A stretch of 64,000 nucleotides of DNA. Source: Patescibacteria group bacterium. Its GTDB lineage: Bacteria > Patescibacteriota > Microgenomatia > Levybacterales > UBA12049. The first letter of the stretch is position 1; each line of letters begins with the position of its first letter. Positions 1-10,924 of the stretch are shown here, one piece after another. The stretch covers positions 777,226-841,225 of the forward strand of contig BPJB01000001.1 in the NCBI GenBank assembly GCA_026004395.1, given 5' to 3'. Below the pieces are notes generated by a model that saw only the letters and a program-made list of their open reading frames with translations, had not been told where the DNA came from and made no database searches. Both the position numbers and the translations under genes were made by a program.

Positions 1-249
1 GATATTAATATGAATTGCCGCCTCAAACAACAGTACCGGAAGAAGAAGATAAAAAATCAAATCAGGAGGCAGACTGATAGATGCTTCACCACCGGTGAAA
101 TTTATTATCAACTGTGCAAGAAATCCTGCTAAAAGAAGAGCAACTGTGTAAGGAAAGGAGAAACGATTAGTAATCACCTGAAGTATGCCTGTAGTAATAA
201 GAAAAAATCCCAGAAATAGAATAATATCAACTATCTGATTATTGTCCAT
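1..249 (-). CDS. Partial (N-terminal part only, gene runs off window start) membrane protein resembling CPA1-type Na+/H+ antiporter
   Basis: Reverse-strand reading from ATG at 247-249 gives MDNNQIVDIILFLGFFLITTGILQVITNRFSFPYTVALLLAGFLAQLIINFTGGEASISLPPDLIFYLLLPVLLFEAAIHINI with no stop before position 1. Hydrophobic TM helices and LLLPxLLFEAA resemble the NhaP/CPA1 N-terminus. Not in ORF track because it is open-ended. Confidence 0.4.
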   Translation of the reverse strand, partial: MDNNQIVDIILFLGFFLITTGILQVITNRFSFPYTVALLLAGFLAQLIINFTGGEASISLPPDLIFYLLLPVLLFEAAIHINI

Positions 250-499
250 ATTGATGAACAAAAAATGAAATTTTATTCTAGCAATAATTGAATAGGGATT
301 CAATATAATTCTTGATGTATAATGTGGATGTATAATCTCTACTTAGTGCTAGTTCTTCATACTTTTACTCTGTAATACACTGTAAATTATTTACTTTTAG
401 TTTTAGTGACGATCCCTCTTTAGATATGCACAGATGAAGATTTTTTGTTCAAATAATTGATGAAATTTTTAAATTTTGTCTTTTTTAGAATTTAGATAT

Positions 500-1183
500 T
501 TACCTTCCAAATCTTCTCTCTTGATTTTGATACCAGTCAAGTGCTTTCTGAAATTCCTCAGGTGTAAAATCTGGCCAAAGAGTAGATGTGAAATAAAGCT
601 CTGCATACTCTGACTGCCACATAAGAAAGCCGCTTAAGCGCTGCTGTCCTCCTGTTCTGATAATCAGATCAGGATCTGGTTGTCCTGCTGTGTATAAATA
701 ATTGGAGAAAATCTGTATTGTTAGTTCCTTCGGTCCTTCTCTCAGTAATGCCTTAACTGCTTCTAAAATCTCATCTCTTCCTCCATAATTCAGAGCAAAG
801 TTAACAGTAATCCGATCATTGGTTTTACTTTGGTTATGAATTTGTTCAATGCGTTTTACAATATCTTCTGGAAAAACTTGGTATTTACCAAGAATATTAA
901 CCTTGACACCTTTGTCTTGCATTCTCTCAACCACAGGATCATTTAACATTTTACGGAAAACATGCATGAGCATTTTTACCTCAATAGGATCTCTCTTCCA
1001 ATTCTCAGTAGAAAAAGAATAAAAAGTCAAATATTGTATTCCCTGTTTTGCAGCATACTCAACCAGTGGCTCAATGCGGCGCGCTCCTTCTTCATGTCCT
1101 TTATCAATTGGCAAATTACGCTCTTTTGCCCAGCGTCTATTCCCATCCATAATTATCCCAATATGCTGAATCTTTTTAGTCAT
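500..1183 (-). CDS. uppS: Undecaprenyl diphosphate synthase (isoprenyl transferase)
   Basis: 227 aa. N-terminal GIIMDGNRRWA and conserved cis-prenyltransferase motifs (FSTENWKR, RTGGQQRLSGFLMWQSEYAELYF). Confidence 0.85.
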   Translation of the reverse strand: MTKKIQHIGIIMDGNRRWAKERNLPIDKGHEEGARRIEPLVEYAAKQGIQYLTFYSFSTENWKRDPIEVKMLMHVFRKMLNDPVVERMQDKGVKVNILGKYQVFPEDIVKRIEQIHNQSKTNDRITVNFALNYGGRDEILEAVKALLREGPKELTIQIFSNYLYTAGQPDPDLIIRTGGQQRLSGFLMWQSEYAELYFTSTLWPDFTPEEFQKALDWYQNQERRFGR

Positions 1184-1220
1184 ATCAGAAACGATAAATT
1201 ATTTGTGTAGATTTATGAAG

Positions 1221-2615
1221 CTAAGAAATTTTTCTAATCTCTGTTCCTTTTTCAGTATCTTGAATATCAAATCCAAGTTTTCTAATTCTGTTGCGAATCT
1301 GATCTGCCCTCATGTATTGCTTGTTTTTTCTAGCTCTTGCTCGCTCCTCAACAAGATCTAATACTTCCTGCGGTACTTCCACTGGATATTTAGCTGTTTG
1401 TTCATAATACTCTTTTAAATTAAATCCTAATACCTCATCCATCTTAAAAAGAGATCGCGCTTTAGCAGAAGTAGGATAATCAGATTTCACCAGATCCCAA
1501 ACTACTGCAAGAGCCTCAGGAGTATTAAGGTCATCGTTGAGAGCATCAAGGAATTTTTGTTCATATTCAGCACATCCAATCTTGGGAGCATCCCATTCAA
1601 GAATAATATTCTTAAGCCTTTTGAGAGCATTCCTTGCAGCATCCAGCGCTCCAAATGTAAAGTTCATTTCCTGACGATAATGCGTCTGAAGATAAAGATA
1701 TCTTAAATCCATAGGATCATAACCCTCCTTCTCAAGATCATAAAGTTTGTAATTATTACCCAAACTCTTACTCATCCTCTCTCCTTGCACCAGCATAAAT
1801 GCCACATGAAACCAATATCTTACAAATTGCTTATGCGTTGCTGCTTCAGATTGAGCGATTTCATTAGGGTGATGAATCTGCTTAAGATCCATACCTCCAG
1901 CGTGAATATCAATAGTCTCACCCAAATACTTCATGCTCATTGCCGAACACTCAATGTGCCATCCGGGGAAACCTTTCCCCCAGGGACTATCCCACTCCAT
2001 CTGACGTATCGTGTCTTTGGGTGAGAATTTCCATAAAGCAAAATCTCTTGGATTGCGTTTTTCTTCGTTCATCTCTACTCTTGCACCTTCTTTAATCTGA
2101 TCCATATCTGATAATTTCCCATAATCTTTGAATTTACTGGTATCAAAATAAATTCCATCTGATATTCTATAGGTATATCCTTGTTCCTCAAGTCTTTTTA
2201 TAAGATCAATCTGTTCGTTAATATGCTCAGTAGCACGAGCAAATACTTCAGGCTGGGTAAGGTTGAGCTTTTGATAATCTTGCAAAAATGCATCTGTATA
2301 AAATTCTGCAATCTCCCAAGCTGTTTTCCCTTCTCTTCTTGCTGATTTTTCAAGCCTATCCTCACCAACATCTGCATCTCCGAGGTTATCTCCTGTCAGA
2401 TGACCTACATCAGTAATGTTCATAACATACTTCACATCGAAAGAGTTATATTTGAGAGTACGTACCAAAATATCCGCCATTGTATAGGTACGAAAATTAC
2501 CAATATGAGCAAAATCATATACAGTTGGTCCACAGGTGTACATCGTCACACGTGGTGGATTGAGGGGTTTGAACTCTTCAATAGTACGACTGAGAGAATT
2601 ATATAATCTGAGCAT
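1221..2615 (-). CDS. cysS: Cysteinyl-tRNA synthetase
   Basis: 464 aa. Class I aaRS with HIGN ([10 protein letters not shown]) and KMSKS (RMSKSLGN) motifs and zinc-binding Cys (TCGPTVYD). Confidence 0.9.
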   Translation of the reverse strand: MLRLYNSLSRTIEEFKPLNPPRVTMYTCGPTVYDFAHIGNFRTYTMADILVRTLKYNSFDVKYVMNITDVGHLTGDNLGDADVGEDRLEKSARREGKTAWEIAEFYTDAFLQDYQKLNLTQPEVFARATEHINEQIDLIKRLEEQGYTYRISDGIYFDTSKFKDYGKLSDMDQIKEGARVEMNEEKRNPRDFALWKFSPKDTIRQMEWDSPWGKGFPGWHIECSAMSMKYLGETIDIHAGGMDLKQIHHPNEIAQSEAATHKQFVRYWFHVAFMLVQGERMSKSLGNNYKLYDLEKEGYDPMDLRYLYLQTHYRQEMNFTFGALDAARNALKRLKNIILEWDAPKIGCAEYEQKFLDALNDDLNTPEALAVVWDLVKSDYPTSAKARSLFKMDEVLGFNLKEYYEQTAKYPVEVPQEVLDLVEERARARKNKQYMRADQIRNRIRKLGFDIQDTEKGTEIRKIS

Positions 2616-2792
2616 CTTTAATCTTTAAATTTTAACTATCCTTTCTTCTCAAAATTCTAAAATATAATCATTGAATTATTGATCAAAGATAATAAACTGC
2701 GATTTTCATATTTTACCATATTGACAGCCTCAATCATAATAGCATGTAATATAAGTAAGAGACTTTCTTGAGAAATTTTACATCCTTAATTT

Positions 2793-3839
2793 ATGAATAT
2801 TAGAACAGTTAGTTTTAATGGGTTTACTTTTGTAGATGTACATAATCCTCAAGATTTTGAACTAAAATTTCTCAAACATAATTATAATTTTGATCAAATT
2901 CATCTTGATGATTTTACTCAAAAACAGCAAGTTACAAAAATTGAAATAGAAAAAAATTATATTCTTGTCTCTCTTGATTTTCCTTATTTGGAAAAGCCAG
3001 GAAACACAAAAAAAATAAATGGTTCAAATGGCAATGGACATCACCATGAAAACAAACACCATACTCTAACTCAAGCACTTACTACAACACCAGTCTCTAT
3101 ACCTTTGCTAATTTCACAATCAAAGAAAAAGCGTATTCGAACAGGACACGTAGCTTTTTTCATAAAAGAAAAATACTTAGTTATCTTACACGATGAGAGG
3201 ACACCACAAATTGATGAGATATTTACTGAATGCCAACAAACACTTAAAAAACGGGAAGAGTTTATGGGTCTTGGACCACAGTATCTTTTTTATAGAATAG
3301 TTGATATTCTTGTTGATTCATCGCTACAAGTTATTAATGATATAACTTCTACCATCGATAAAATTGATAAGCATGTAATTGAAGATAATCCAGCAGAAAA
3401 AATTGTCGAGGATATATCAGCCACAAGACGCAATATTGTCGTCTTTCAAACAATGGTAAAACCTGCCATGAATATTTTTTCTGATCTTGAACATCATAAA
3501 TACCCCCAAATTGATGCCAGCCTAACTTCTTCATGGAGTAATATCAAAGATCATTTGCAGCGAATTTGGTATCGACTCGAGGATTCAAAAGAGCTAATTG
3601 AAGGTATAGCAACCAGTTATGAATCACTGCTAACAGCCAAAACTAATGAAATTGTAAAGGTACTTACTATGTTTACTGCTATTTTACTCCCTCTCACACT
3701 TCTTGCTAGTATATATGGAATGAATATTGTGGGACTTCCCCATGCCGATAAACCTTATGTATTGACTAGTTTAATACTTATTATGTTAATTATGGCAATT
3801 GCGATGGTCATCGTATTTAAACTGAAAAAATGGCTGTAA
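2793..3839 (+). CDS. corA: CorA-family Mg2+/Co2+ transporter
   Basis: 348 aa. Two C-terminal TM helices with YGMN motif (IYGMNIVGLP) and terminal KKWL, typical of CorA. Confidence 0.7.
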   Translation: MNIRTVSFNGFTFVDVHNPQDFELKFLKHNYNFDQIHLDDFTQKQQVTKIEIEKNYILVSLDFPYLEKPGNTKKINGSNGNGHHHENKHHTLTQALTTTPVSIPLLISQSKKKRIRTGHVAFFIKEKYLVILHDERTPQIDEIFTECQQTLKKREEFMGLGPQYLFYRIVDILVDSSLQVINDITSTIDKIDKHVIEDNPAEKIVEDISATRRNIVVFQTMVKPAMNIFSDLEHHKYPQIDASLTSSWSNIKDHLQRIWYRLEDSKELIEGIATSYESLLTAKTNEIVKVLTMFTAILLPLTLLASIYGMNIVGLPHADKPYVLTSLILIMLIMAIAMVIVFKLKKWL

Positions 3840-3943
3840 ATTTGGGTAAAAAATCTTATATAACTTATTCTAAAAATTTTTTTGCAGAGCCTTATCTCTA
3901 TCCAAACTAAACATTTTTCCTTGAATATCCAAACTAATCTCGA

Positions 3944-4459
3944 CTATCCCGACACACCTCTGTGGGTCTCTGCTTTAGTCATTGCCTGTTTAAGAGATAA
4001 TGGAAGCTCTTTCTTTTTTTCCTCCTGAAGCTCCTCCATCTTTTTAGCCTCTTCTTGTTTTTGCTCTTCTTCTAATCGTTCTTGGACTGATGGTTCGCGT
4101 TTCCTTTGATTGAAAGTTGGATCAAAATAGGTTTTTTTATGTTGCTCAAGATGTGCTCTTGTTTGTGCCAATTTTTTTTGCCTCTCTTCTTGATCTTTGC
4201 TCTCCATTTGCTGAATATCTAACATAGATTGTGGATCTTGCTGAGATTGAGTTACATTCTGTTGCATTGTTTCATTGAAGTGGTCTGAAAGATTTGTGGA
4301 GGTATCGCTCTTCTGAGTTGTACTATCAGGAGATACTCCCAGCTGTGATGCTGCAGATTGTGTAATCTGCTTTGCAGTGTTTGTTAACTGTTGTTTGGCA
4401 GAACTTACTCCTTGTTCAAATGCTTCTTCAAATGTTGATGTGAAAGGATTTTTGGGCAT
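3944..4459 (-). CDS. Hypothetical Q/E/K-rich low-complexity protein
   Basis: 171 aa ORF with charged low-complexity composition and no recognisable motif. Confidence 0.3.
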   Translation of the reverse strand: MPKNPFTSTFEEAFEQGVSSAKQQLTNTAKQITQSAASQLGVSPDSTTQKSDTSTNLSDHFNETMQQNVTQSQQDPQSMLDIQQMESKDQEERQKKLAQTRAHLEQHKKTYFDPTFNQRKREPSVQERLEEEQKQEEAKKMEELQEEKKKELPLSLKQAMTKAETHRGVSG

Positions 4460-4461
4460 AA

Positions 4462-4770
4462 TTATTTTATGATTCCAAGCTCTTCTTTCTGATCGTCGGA
4501 TATCATGTCAGGACTCCATGGAGGATCCCATACTAAGTTAATCACAACATCGCAGACGCCGTCAACTTTTCTTACAGCAGTCGGTATCCACTCTCTAAAA
4601 ACAAAGGATAACGGACATCCGGGAGTGGTGAGTGTCATAGTAATTTCAACTCTACCTTCAGTCTGATCTATTCCTAAATCATAAATTAAACCTAAATCTA
4701 CAATATTAATATTCAATTCCGGATCAATAATCTCTTTTAAAGCTCTTATAATCTCCCGCTCTACTATCAT
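4462..4770 (-). CDS. DUF59/MIP18-family Fe-S cluster assembly protein (SufT-like)
   Basis: 102 aa. Pattern EALKEIIDPEL...IVDLGLIYD...V.ITMTLTTPGCP matches the DUF59/MIP18 family. Confidence 0.6.
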   Translation of the reverse strand: MIVEREIIRALKEIIDPELNINIVDLGLIYDLGIDQTEGRVEITMTLTTPGCPLSFVFREWIPTAVRKVDGVCDVVINLVWDPPWSPDMISDDQKEELGIIK

Positions 4771-4805
4771 ATATTTTCACTCTAATGATACGTATCAATA
4801 TATTC

Positions 4806-5249
4806 TTAAAATGCTTTTCTGAAGGTGCGCTTTTTGCTTTCTAGCTCTTGCTTATGCTGGTATCTATTTGTCCCTTTAGACTGAGGAATTGATGAGATAA
4901 CCAAATCAACTTTCTGCCAAAAATCGTTTATTTTCTCCTCTTGCAGCATTTTTTCTACAGTTTTTTTATAACCTTTACCAGCATATTTTAAACGAATGCT
5001 CACTGAGGCAATTGTTGATGGAGTAACATGAAGAATAGCCTTTATTGATTGATAATCATACCCCTTTGCTAGCATGACCGCTATCGCTAATCTTTTAGCC
5101 AGCATAATCTTCTCAACAGGAGATAAAAAATCTTCTAAAAAATCATCAATCTCGTCCGATTGTTTGAGAGAAGAAATTGCATTTCTAAAAAGCTGGAGGA
5201 TTTGTTTATTAACTGTAGAACTAACAGGATAACGTGAAATCTGTGTCAT
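4806..5249 (-). CDS. TrpR-like YerC/YecD family DNA-binding protein
   Basis: 147 aa. DDFLEDFLSPVEKIMLAKRLAIAVMLAKGYDYQSIKAILHVTPSTIASVS matches the YerC/YecD Trp-repressor-like HTH pattern. Confidence 0.5.
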   Translation of the reverse strand: MTQISRYPVSSTVNKQILQLFRNAISSLKQSDEIDDFLEDFLSPVEKIMLAKRLAIAVMLAKGYDYQSIKAILHVTPSTIASVSIRLKYAGKGYKKTVEKMLQEEKINDFWQKVDLVISSIPQSKGTNRYQHKQELESKKRTFRKAF

Positions 5250-5291
5250 AATGCTACTCTACTTCGATGAGACGTATCATTAGAGTAAAAG

Positions 5292-5906
5292 TCAATACTT
5301 GGTTCTTCCCTCAATAGAACGTTGGAGAGTCATGGAATCTGCATATTCAAGATCTGCACCTATTGGAAGACCTCTCCCAATTCTAGTTACATTAATATCG
5401 GGAAAATGCTCTCGAATATACTTAGCGATATACATCGCTGTTGCCTCGCCTTCCATTGTTGGATTGGTAGCTAAAATAACCTCTTTAATTGTATAGCCAT
5501 TCCTACTCTCTCTAATTCGCTGAAAAAGCTGTGATATATAGATCTCATTTGGTCCAATATTATTCAGTGGATCAATTCTTCCATGAAGGACATGATATAC
5601 ACCGTTATACTTGCCGCTTCTTTCAAGTGCTAAAACATCAAGAGCCTCTTCCACAACACAAATAGTAGACTGATCTCTATCTTGGCTAGCACAATATGCG
5701 CACGGATCCACCTCACCTACACTGTAGCAGATAGAACATACTACGGTATCTTTCTTCAAGTTAGAGATAGCCTGTGCAAATCTATCTAATTCATGTTGTG
5801 GTACATGAAGTAAGTAGAAAGTCAATCTTTGAGCTGTCTTTGGACCAATACCAGGAAGCTTTTCAAATGATTCAATAACTTGTTGGATTGCTTTTGGAAT
5901 TTTCAT
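5292..5906 (-). CDS. recR: Recombination protein RecR
   Basis: 204 aa. HhH (LPGIGPKTAQRL), C4 zinc finger (CSICYSVGEVDPCAYC) and Toprim domain. Lies in the conserved dnaX-ybaB-recR neighbourhood. Confidence 0.9.
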   Translation of the reverse strand: MKIPKAIQQVIESFEKLPGIGPKTAQRLTFYLLHVPQHELDRFAQAISNLKKDTVVCSICYSVGEVDPCAYCASQDRDQSTICVVEEALDVLALERSGKYNGVYHVLHGRIDPLNNIGPNEIYISQLFQRIRESRNGYTIKEVILATNPTMEGEATAMYIAKYIREHFPDINVTRIGRGLPIGADLEYADSMTLQRSIEGRTKY

Positions 5907-6268
5907 ATATAATGAAGAAGAAAAATTTCTCTAGTATGAGGAAGAAATTTATCCCTCTTTTTATTTTTTAGATTACCATATAAGCCTCAAATTCTCAAGC
6001 AAAGCAGTAAAAGTATGCATTATGTGTGCCAGAAAAATCACAGATTTATTTCTTAGGCTTTTCAGATTTAAAAGTTTATAAAATCTCTTATCATCGACCA
6101 CTTATTGCAGTGAAAGATTATAAAATTATTGCGCACCGCATAAATTGCTCCATTACTCAATAATTTTATCTTTCCATCCCCAAGGCGCACAAGCTGAATC
6201 AAATTGTGATTTGGAAAGAAGTAATTATTTTTATAAATAGCTTGCAAAAAACTATATTTTTAATTATT

Positions 6269-7210
6269 TTATAATCCTTGCTTTATTCTATCAGCTATCA
6301 TTGTAGAAAGTGAGATAATTTTCAGCTTGGAGAATTGTTTATCCTCAGAGACTAGAACAGAATCTGTAATATAGACCCTATCTACCACTGAATTCTGCAA
6401 GATTTTGGGAGCATCAGCAGAAAACACCGCATGAGTTACAAAAACATAAATTTCTTTTGCTCCCTTTTCTTTTAACAATTCTGCCGCTTTGACAATCGTT
6501 TTACCACTGGATATCATATCGTCCACTATCAAAGCTCTATGGTTAATCTCCCCTTTGATATCTACCATATCAACATTACCAGATGCCAAATCTCGATTTT
6601 TCTCGATGACTGCATAAGGCATTTGAGTCAACATCTCAGAAATTAACTTAATTCTCCTAATTCCGCCCATATCAGGAGATACCAAAACGCTATCCAACCC
6701 TCCCCACCCTTGTTTTTTTATTTCTTGAGCAAAAAGAGGCAAAGCTGACAGATGAGTCACTGGAATATGGAAAAACTCGGGAATTTTAAGAGAATGGAGA
6801 TCAAAAGTAACAATTTTATCAATACCGACTGCTTCTAAAGTCTTTGTTATAACCTGCATTGAGACAGCTTCTCCTGATCGAAAAATATGATCTTGGCGTT
6901 GATAGCCAACATACGGCATAACAAGAGTAATTGACCTTGCCCCTGCACGATTTAGCGCATCAGCAATAAAAAACAACTCCATGTAATACGTGTCAGCTGG
7001 TGTTGATGTAGATTGAATTATCACACAATCCTCATCAATAACATCTGTCTCAACTCTTACACGACGTTCTTGATCTGGAAAAATAAATATTTCAAGTGGA
7101 GATAACTGAATACCAAGTTCATTTCCAATCTTGCCGGCAAGAATAGTATTGGAGCTACCACTAAATAATTTCATTTCTTTTATTGTACAGGCCTTTTTAT
7201 CCACAAGCAA
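6269..7210 (-). CDS. prs: Ribose-phosphate pyrophosphokinase (PRPP synthetase)
   Basis: 313 aa. N-terminal KLFSGSSN..LA..IG, PRPP-binding loop (LIVDDMISSGKT). Confidence 0.9.
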   Translation of the reverse strand: MLVDKKACTIKEMKLFSGSSNTILAGKIGNELGIQLSPLEIFIFPDQERRVRVETDVIDEDCVIIQSTSTPADTYYMELFFIADALNRAGARSITLVMPYVGYQRQDHIFRSGEAVSMQVITKTLEAVGIDKIVTFDLHSLKIPEFFHIPVTHLSALPLFAQEIKKQGWGGLDSVLVSPDMGGIRRIKLISEMLTQMPYAVIEKNRDLASGNVDMVDIKGEINHRALIVDDMISSGKTIVKAAELLKEKGAKEIYVFVTHAVFSADAPKILQNSVVDRVYITDSVLVSEDKQFSKLKIISLSTMIADRIKQGL

Positions 7211-7622
7211 TTATCTCATTTTTTTTTAGTTTCCAGGTTTTACGTAACTGTGAAACGCGTTCTTCTTTAGACATTTCATCTCTCAATGTTTGAATCATTC
7301 TTACAGAAAATTTATTACTTTTCTGACTTTTGGCTACAACTTGAGAAAAAGCTTCTCTATAGTTTTCAGTAGGAGAAATTGGATACGAAAAACATGATTT
7401 ATCTTGTATCTCATTTTTATCTACTTCTTGAGTTAATTTGTCATTATTTTCCTCTCTTTGCAAATAAGTAGTCTCAGACTTTTCTTCTGACTCCTCATAA
7501 GGAAATATTGGAAAAGAAGTAATTTCCACTGAACGAACATCTTCTTCAACAAAGATGTCTTTTTCTACTAAATTAGATCTAATATTATCTCCTTCAGATA
7601 CTTTCTCAGATTCTTTTGACAT
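7197..7622 (-). CDS. Hypothetical acidic protein
   Basis: 141 aa ORF overlapping prs start by 14 nt. No recognisable motif. Confidence 0.3.
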   Translation of the reverse strand: MSKESEKVSEGDNIRSNLVEKDIFVEEDVRSVEITSFPIFPYEESEEKSETTYLQREENNDKLTQEVDKNEIQDKSCFSYPISPTENYREAFSQVVAKSQKSNKFSVRMIQTLRDEMSKEERVSQLRKTWKLKKNEIIACG

Positions 7623-7746
7623 AGGATGGATAAAAACATTTATCTTCTGAAGGAATGTTACTTATACCATCCCTAAGAGGAAAAAATGTCAGATTTATAA
7701 CACCCACCTCATACGCTGAGGTAACTTATCGGAATATTGACTTATT

Positions 7747-8031
7747 TTACTTCAAACCGCCCAATAATCCTCCCAGACCACCAGTCATTTGTTGCAATTT
7801 CTTCGCTGCCACCTCTTGAGATTTTTTAATAGCTTCGTTCACAGCTTCAACTATATCTTTATCTGATTTGCCGTTAGTTCTAATCTCTTTAAGTTTTTGA
7901 TCTCCTGTAATAACAACCAAAATACCTTTCTTTTCAATTGTTATTTCTTCTGCTTGGAGCTGTCGTTGAATTTGAAGAGCCTGATCACGCATCTTTTTAA
8001 GTTCTCCAAGTTGTCCAAAAGGATTGATCAT
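7747..8031 (-). CDS. ybaB: Nucleoid-associated protein YbaB/EbfC
   Basis: 94 aa. GQLGELKKMRDQALQIQRQL...ITGDQKLKEIRTNGK... pattern. Positioned between dnaX and recR as in many bacteria. Confidence 0.85.
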   Translation of the reverse strand: MINPFGQLGELKKMRDQALQIQRQLQAEEITIEKKGILVVITGDQKLKEIRTNGKSDKDIVEAVNEAIKKSQEVAAKKLQQMTGGLGGLLGGLK

Positions 8032-8182
8032 ATTGTAAAATTCACCTCCTTATATTCTATTAATCTGCCTAAGTATTTTATTATCAATCTAAATTATTAT
8101 CAAGTAATCATCAATAAAAACCTTTTCTATTGAAGATAGTTCATTTAGATCCTACTGAATCTGGCGTATTTAAAAATAATAA

Positions 8183-9703
8183 TTATTTTTTTAATTCTAT
8201 TGTAACTTTGATCGGATTGCCAGTAAGCTCTTCAGAGATCTTTTGAAGAAGAGAATAAGTTTTAGCCTCTTCTAATTTTTCCTTATGAAATTGATAAGCA
8301 GCCTCTATAACCATCTGTTTCTTGTCGTAATATTTTAATGAACAACTATTAAGTACTCCTGCAATAGTATGATTATGTACTTTAACGCTTGCAATGAAGC
8401 TCCTCCAAAATGCAACTAACCATTCATCTGACGGATTGCCTACCGCAGTATAACTTAGAATACTAACGGGAGTAGGACTCACTTTTTCTTTTTTCTCCTT
8501 TTTTTGTTCACCGTTAACTGCCCGTTCTTTAGCGATTTCTCCTAAATCTTTTCTGAGTTTTTGTAACGTCACTTTTTGTTCTGTTGAAGATTGTTCTTTC
8601 TCTGTGGCAATATGTTTGTTCTCGTTCTGATCTTTATTAGTACACCAATTTATAATTGCTAGCTCAAGTGGAAGCTGCGGTATGACAGCATATTTAGTGT
8701 CAACGATTGCTTGAGAAAAAAGATGAATTAACTGCCTTAATTCCTCAAGTGATAAATGGCTTGCGTTTCTATCTTTTTTGATAACTCCAACTTTTAATAA
8801 AAGCTGACTATGTAATTCCTCTATAAATTGAGAAATAAAGTATTTGATGTCTATTCCTACATCAACAATTTTTAATGTTAGCTCAAGAGAACGAGTAATA
8901 TCGCGATTTTCAATTGCTTTAAGAAGATCTTGTGTAAATTTTTCTATACTCTCTAGATGGTACTTCCTCTCCAGAATATCAGCCGTTATTTTACTGCCAC
9001 CTGACAAGGAAACTAACTCTTCAAGAATTTTCGTACCATCTCTAAATCCTCCTTCTGCAAGTTTTGCTATTTTATAAAGAACCTCTTCATCAATATCTAA
9101 TTCCTCACCATGAACAATTCTCCTAAATGATCTTACCAATTCATCCTCAGTGGCAATTTTAAATTCTAAGTGAAAACATCGAGATAGGATTGTTGAAGGA
9201 ATTTTATGTAACTCTGTCGTGCAAAGAATAAAAACAGTATGAGAAGGTGGCTCTTCAAGAGTCTTCAGAAGAGCATTAAAAGCCTCTGTTGTTAACATAT
9301 GAACTTCATCAATGATATAAACTTTCTTTTTAGCAGAGAAAGGTGTAAGACGGACTTTCTCTTTCAAATCACGTATCTCATCAATGCCCCTATTTGAAGC
9401 TGCATCAATTTCCAAAACATCCATATTTGTACCGTTGATAATACTCTGACACTGATCACATGAATTACAGGGTTCAATGTCTTTTCCGCTGGTGTCTTTT
9501 CGTCCTGTACAGTTAATAATTTTGGCAATGATGCGAGCGGTTGATGTTTTACCCAAACCTTTGGGCCCCGTGAACAAAAATGCATGAGGTATTTGAATAA
9601 AAGTAGGAGCGCTTGCTTGTAGAAGTGATTTAAGTTTTTTCCTTACTTCTTCGCTATCTAATTCTTCTATTGTTTGTGGACGATATTTTCTGTAAAAAAC
9701 CAT
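8183..9703 (-). CDS. dnaX: DNA polymerase III subunit gamma/tau
   Basis: 506 aa. AAA+ clamp-loader with Walker A GPKGLGKTSTARI, zinc module CNSCDQC, SRC motif region. Confidence 0.9.
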   Translation of the reverse strand: MVFYRKYRPQTIEELDSEEVRKKLKSLLQASAPTFIQIPHAFLFTGPKGLGKTSTARIIAKIINCTGRKDTSGKDIEPCNSCDQCQSIINGTNMDVLEIDAASNRGIDEIRDLKEKVRLTPFSAKKKVYIIDEVHMLTTEAFNALLKTLEEPPSHTVFILCTTELHKIPSTILSRCFHLEFKIATEDELVRSFRRIVHGEELDIDEEVLYKIAKLAEGGFRDGTKILEELVSLSGGSKITADILERKYHLESIEKFTQDLLKAIENRDITRSLELTLKIVDVGIDIKYFISQFIEELHSQLLLKVGVIKKDRNASHLSLEELRQLIHLFSQAIVDTKYAVIPQLPLELAIINWCTNKDQNENKHIATEKEQSSTEQKVTLQKLRKDLGEIAKERAVNGEQKKEKKEKVSPTPVSILSYTAVGNPSDEWLVAFWRSFIASVKVHNHTIAGVLNSCSLKYYDKKQMVIEAAYQFHKEKLEEAKTYSLLQKISEELTGNPIKVTIELKK

Positions 9704-9877
9704 ATTCCCTAATGTTGTTCTCTCAATTCTTTATCTACTATCTCGTGCGCCTTTCTATACTCTCAGTTTTAATCTACCATCTCTATCGTCCACTGGACGA
9801 AGAGATTCATTTAAAAAAGGTAAAGAAATCAAAGAGATTTACCGCTTAGCTCCTCGGAATAGTTACGAACTAACAAA

Positions 9878-10261
9878 CTAATGATGCTCACCTAACAAAT
9901 GCAGCATCCCATGCCGTACTAATTGATTTATTTTATCATCAACTAGTACCTCTTCCTCTGCTGCTTCTTTAATTACCTGAGGATAGGAAATAATGATATC
10001 CCCCAGTCGTAAAATATTACCAGGAATAACTGTTGGCTCACCTTCTATCAAAGGGAAAGTAAGAATATTTGTCGTCTTGTCAATATTTCTAAATTTTTTG
10101 TTGAATGCTCTCATCTTTCGATCGCCAACAAAGGCAAGCGAAACTTCAGCAGAGCTTGATACTTCCTTCTCATCAAGAACAGCATGCACTGTTTGCTTGA
10201 TTTTCCGTCTATTGACTTTATAACGGCTTTCAACAAAGATAAAGATCTTAACATTAGCCAT
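9878..10261 (-). CDS. ybeY: rRNA maturation endoribonuclease YbeY
   Basis: 127 aa. C-terminal H..H....H zinc motif (RHGMLHLLGEHH) typical of YbeY. Confidence 0.8.
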   Translation of the reverse strand: MANVKIFIFVESRYKVNRRKIKQTVHAVLDEKEVSSSAEVSLAFVGDRKMRAFNKKFRNIDKTTNILTFPLIEGEPTVIPGNILRLGDIIISYPQVIKEAAEEEVLVDDKINQLVRHGMLHLLGEHH

Positions 10262-10266
10262 CTGGA

Positions 10267-10449
10267 TTATACAATTAAGCGTCGACGTCGCCTGCTTTCT
10301 TCTTGCTTAAGTTTCTTAGCAAGAGAAGGCTTGAGGTAGAACTGACGTCGTTTTGCTTCATTAATAATTCCTGCGTCAATAACTTTTCTTGAAAATTTGC
10401 GAATAAGCGTTTCATCAGTTTCACCTGGTTGTTTTTTAACGAATACCAT
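10267..10449 (-). CDS. rpsU: 30S ribosomal protein S21
   Basis: 60 aa basic protein with RKFSRKV...AKRRQFY..PS..KK and C-terminal RRRRR pattern of bS21. Confidence 0.8.
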   Translation of the reverse strand: MVFVKKQPGETDETLIRKFSRKVIDAGIINEAKRRQFYLKPSLAKKLKQEESRRRRRLIV

Positions 10450-10541
10450 AATAAAAACACCTCCTTTAATAGCATTTCAGAAAATCAAAAGCTTATGGTG
10501 GGGTCTATTTTACACCAAATAATAAGAACTGTAAACAAAAT

Positions 10542-10871
10542 TTATAATGCCGCCCTTGATCCCATTGGGCCCATGAGGTGAATATGAAGATGATCAATCT
10601 CTTGAGCACCACCACCATTAATAATAACTCTGTAGCCTTTATCCGAAATCTCAAATTTACTGATCAATTGTTGAGTAACTTGCAAAAGCTTCGCCAGTAA
10701 TAAAACATCATCTACTGCTATAAGCTCAGGGATATGACGTTTAGGTACAATTAATACATGAACAGGTTTTACAGGATTTATATCCTTAAAAGCCATTATC
10801 TCATCATCGTTATAAAGAAAATCTTTTGATACTTCGCCTCGTGCTATTTTGCAGAAAATGCAGTTTTCCAT
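10542..10871 (-). CDS. HIT-family (histidine triad) nucleotide hydrolase
   Basis: 109 aa. CIFCKI N-terminus and HxHxHxx triad (HLHIHLMG). Confidence 0.75.
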   Translation of the reverse strand: MENCIFCKIARGEVSKDFLYNDDEIMAFKDINPVKPVHVLIVPKRHIPELIAVDDVLLLAKLLQVTQQLISKFEISDKGYRVIINGGGAQEIDHLHIHLMGPMGSRAAL

Positions 10872-10924
10872 AAGGCACTCTCAAAATCACTAAAATTATA
10901 AATTTTAGACCTATTGTTAGTATC

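Noticed and set aside
8844-9585. Internal and antisense ORFs within dnaX (8844-9077 +, 9364-9585 -)
   Set aside because: They overlap the well-supported dnaX frame. No independent support.
9704-9877. Looked for an SRP RNA (ffs) gene upstream of dnaX, where it is often found
   Set aside because: Neither strand shows the conserved helix-8 GGAA tetraloop / AGCAGC motif. Only a short CGTCCa-gtgg-ACG hairpin is present, more likely a terminator.
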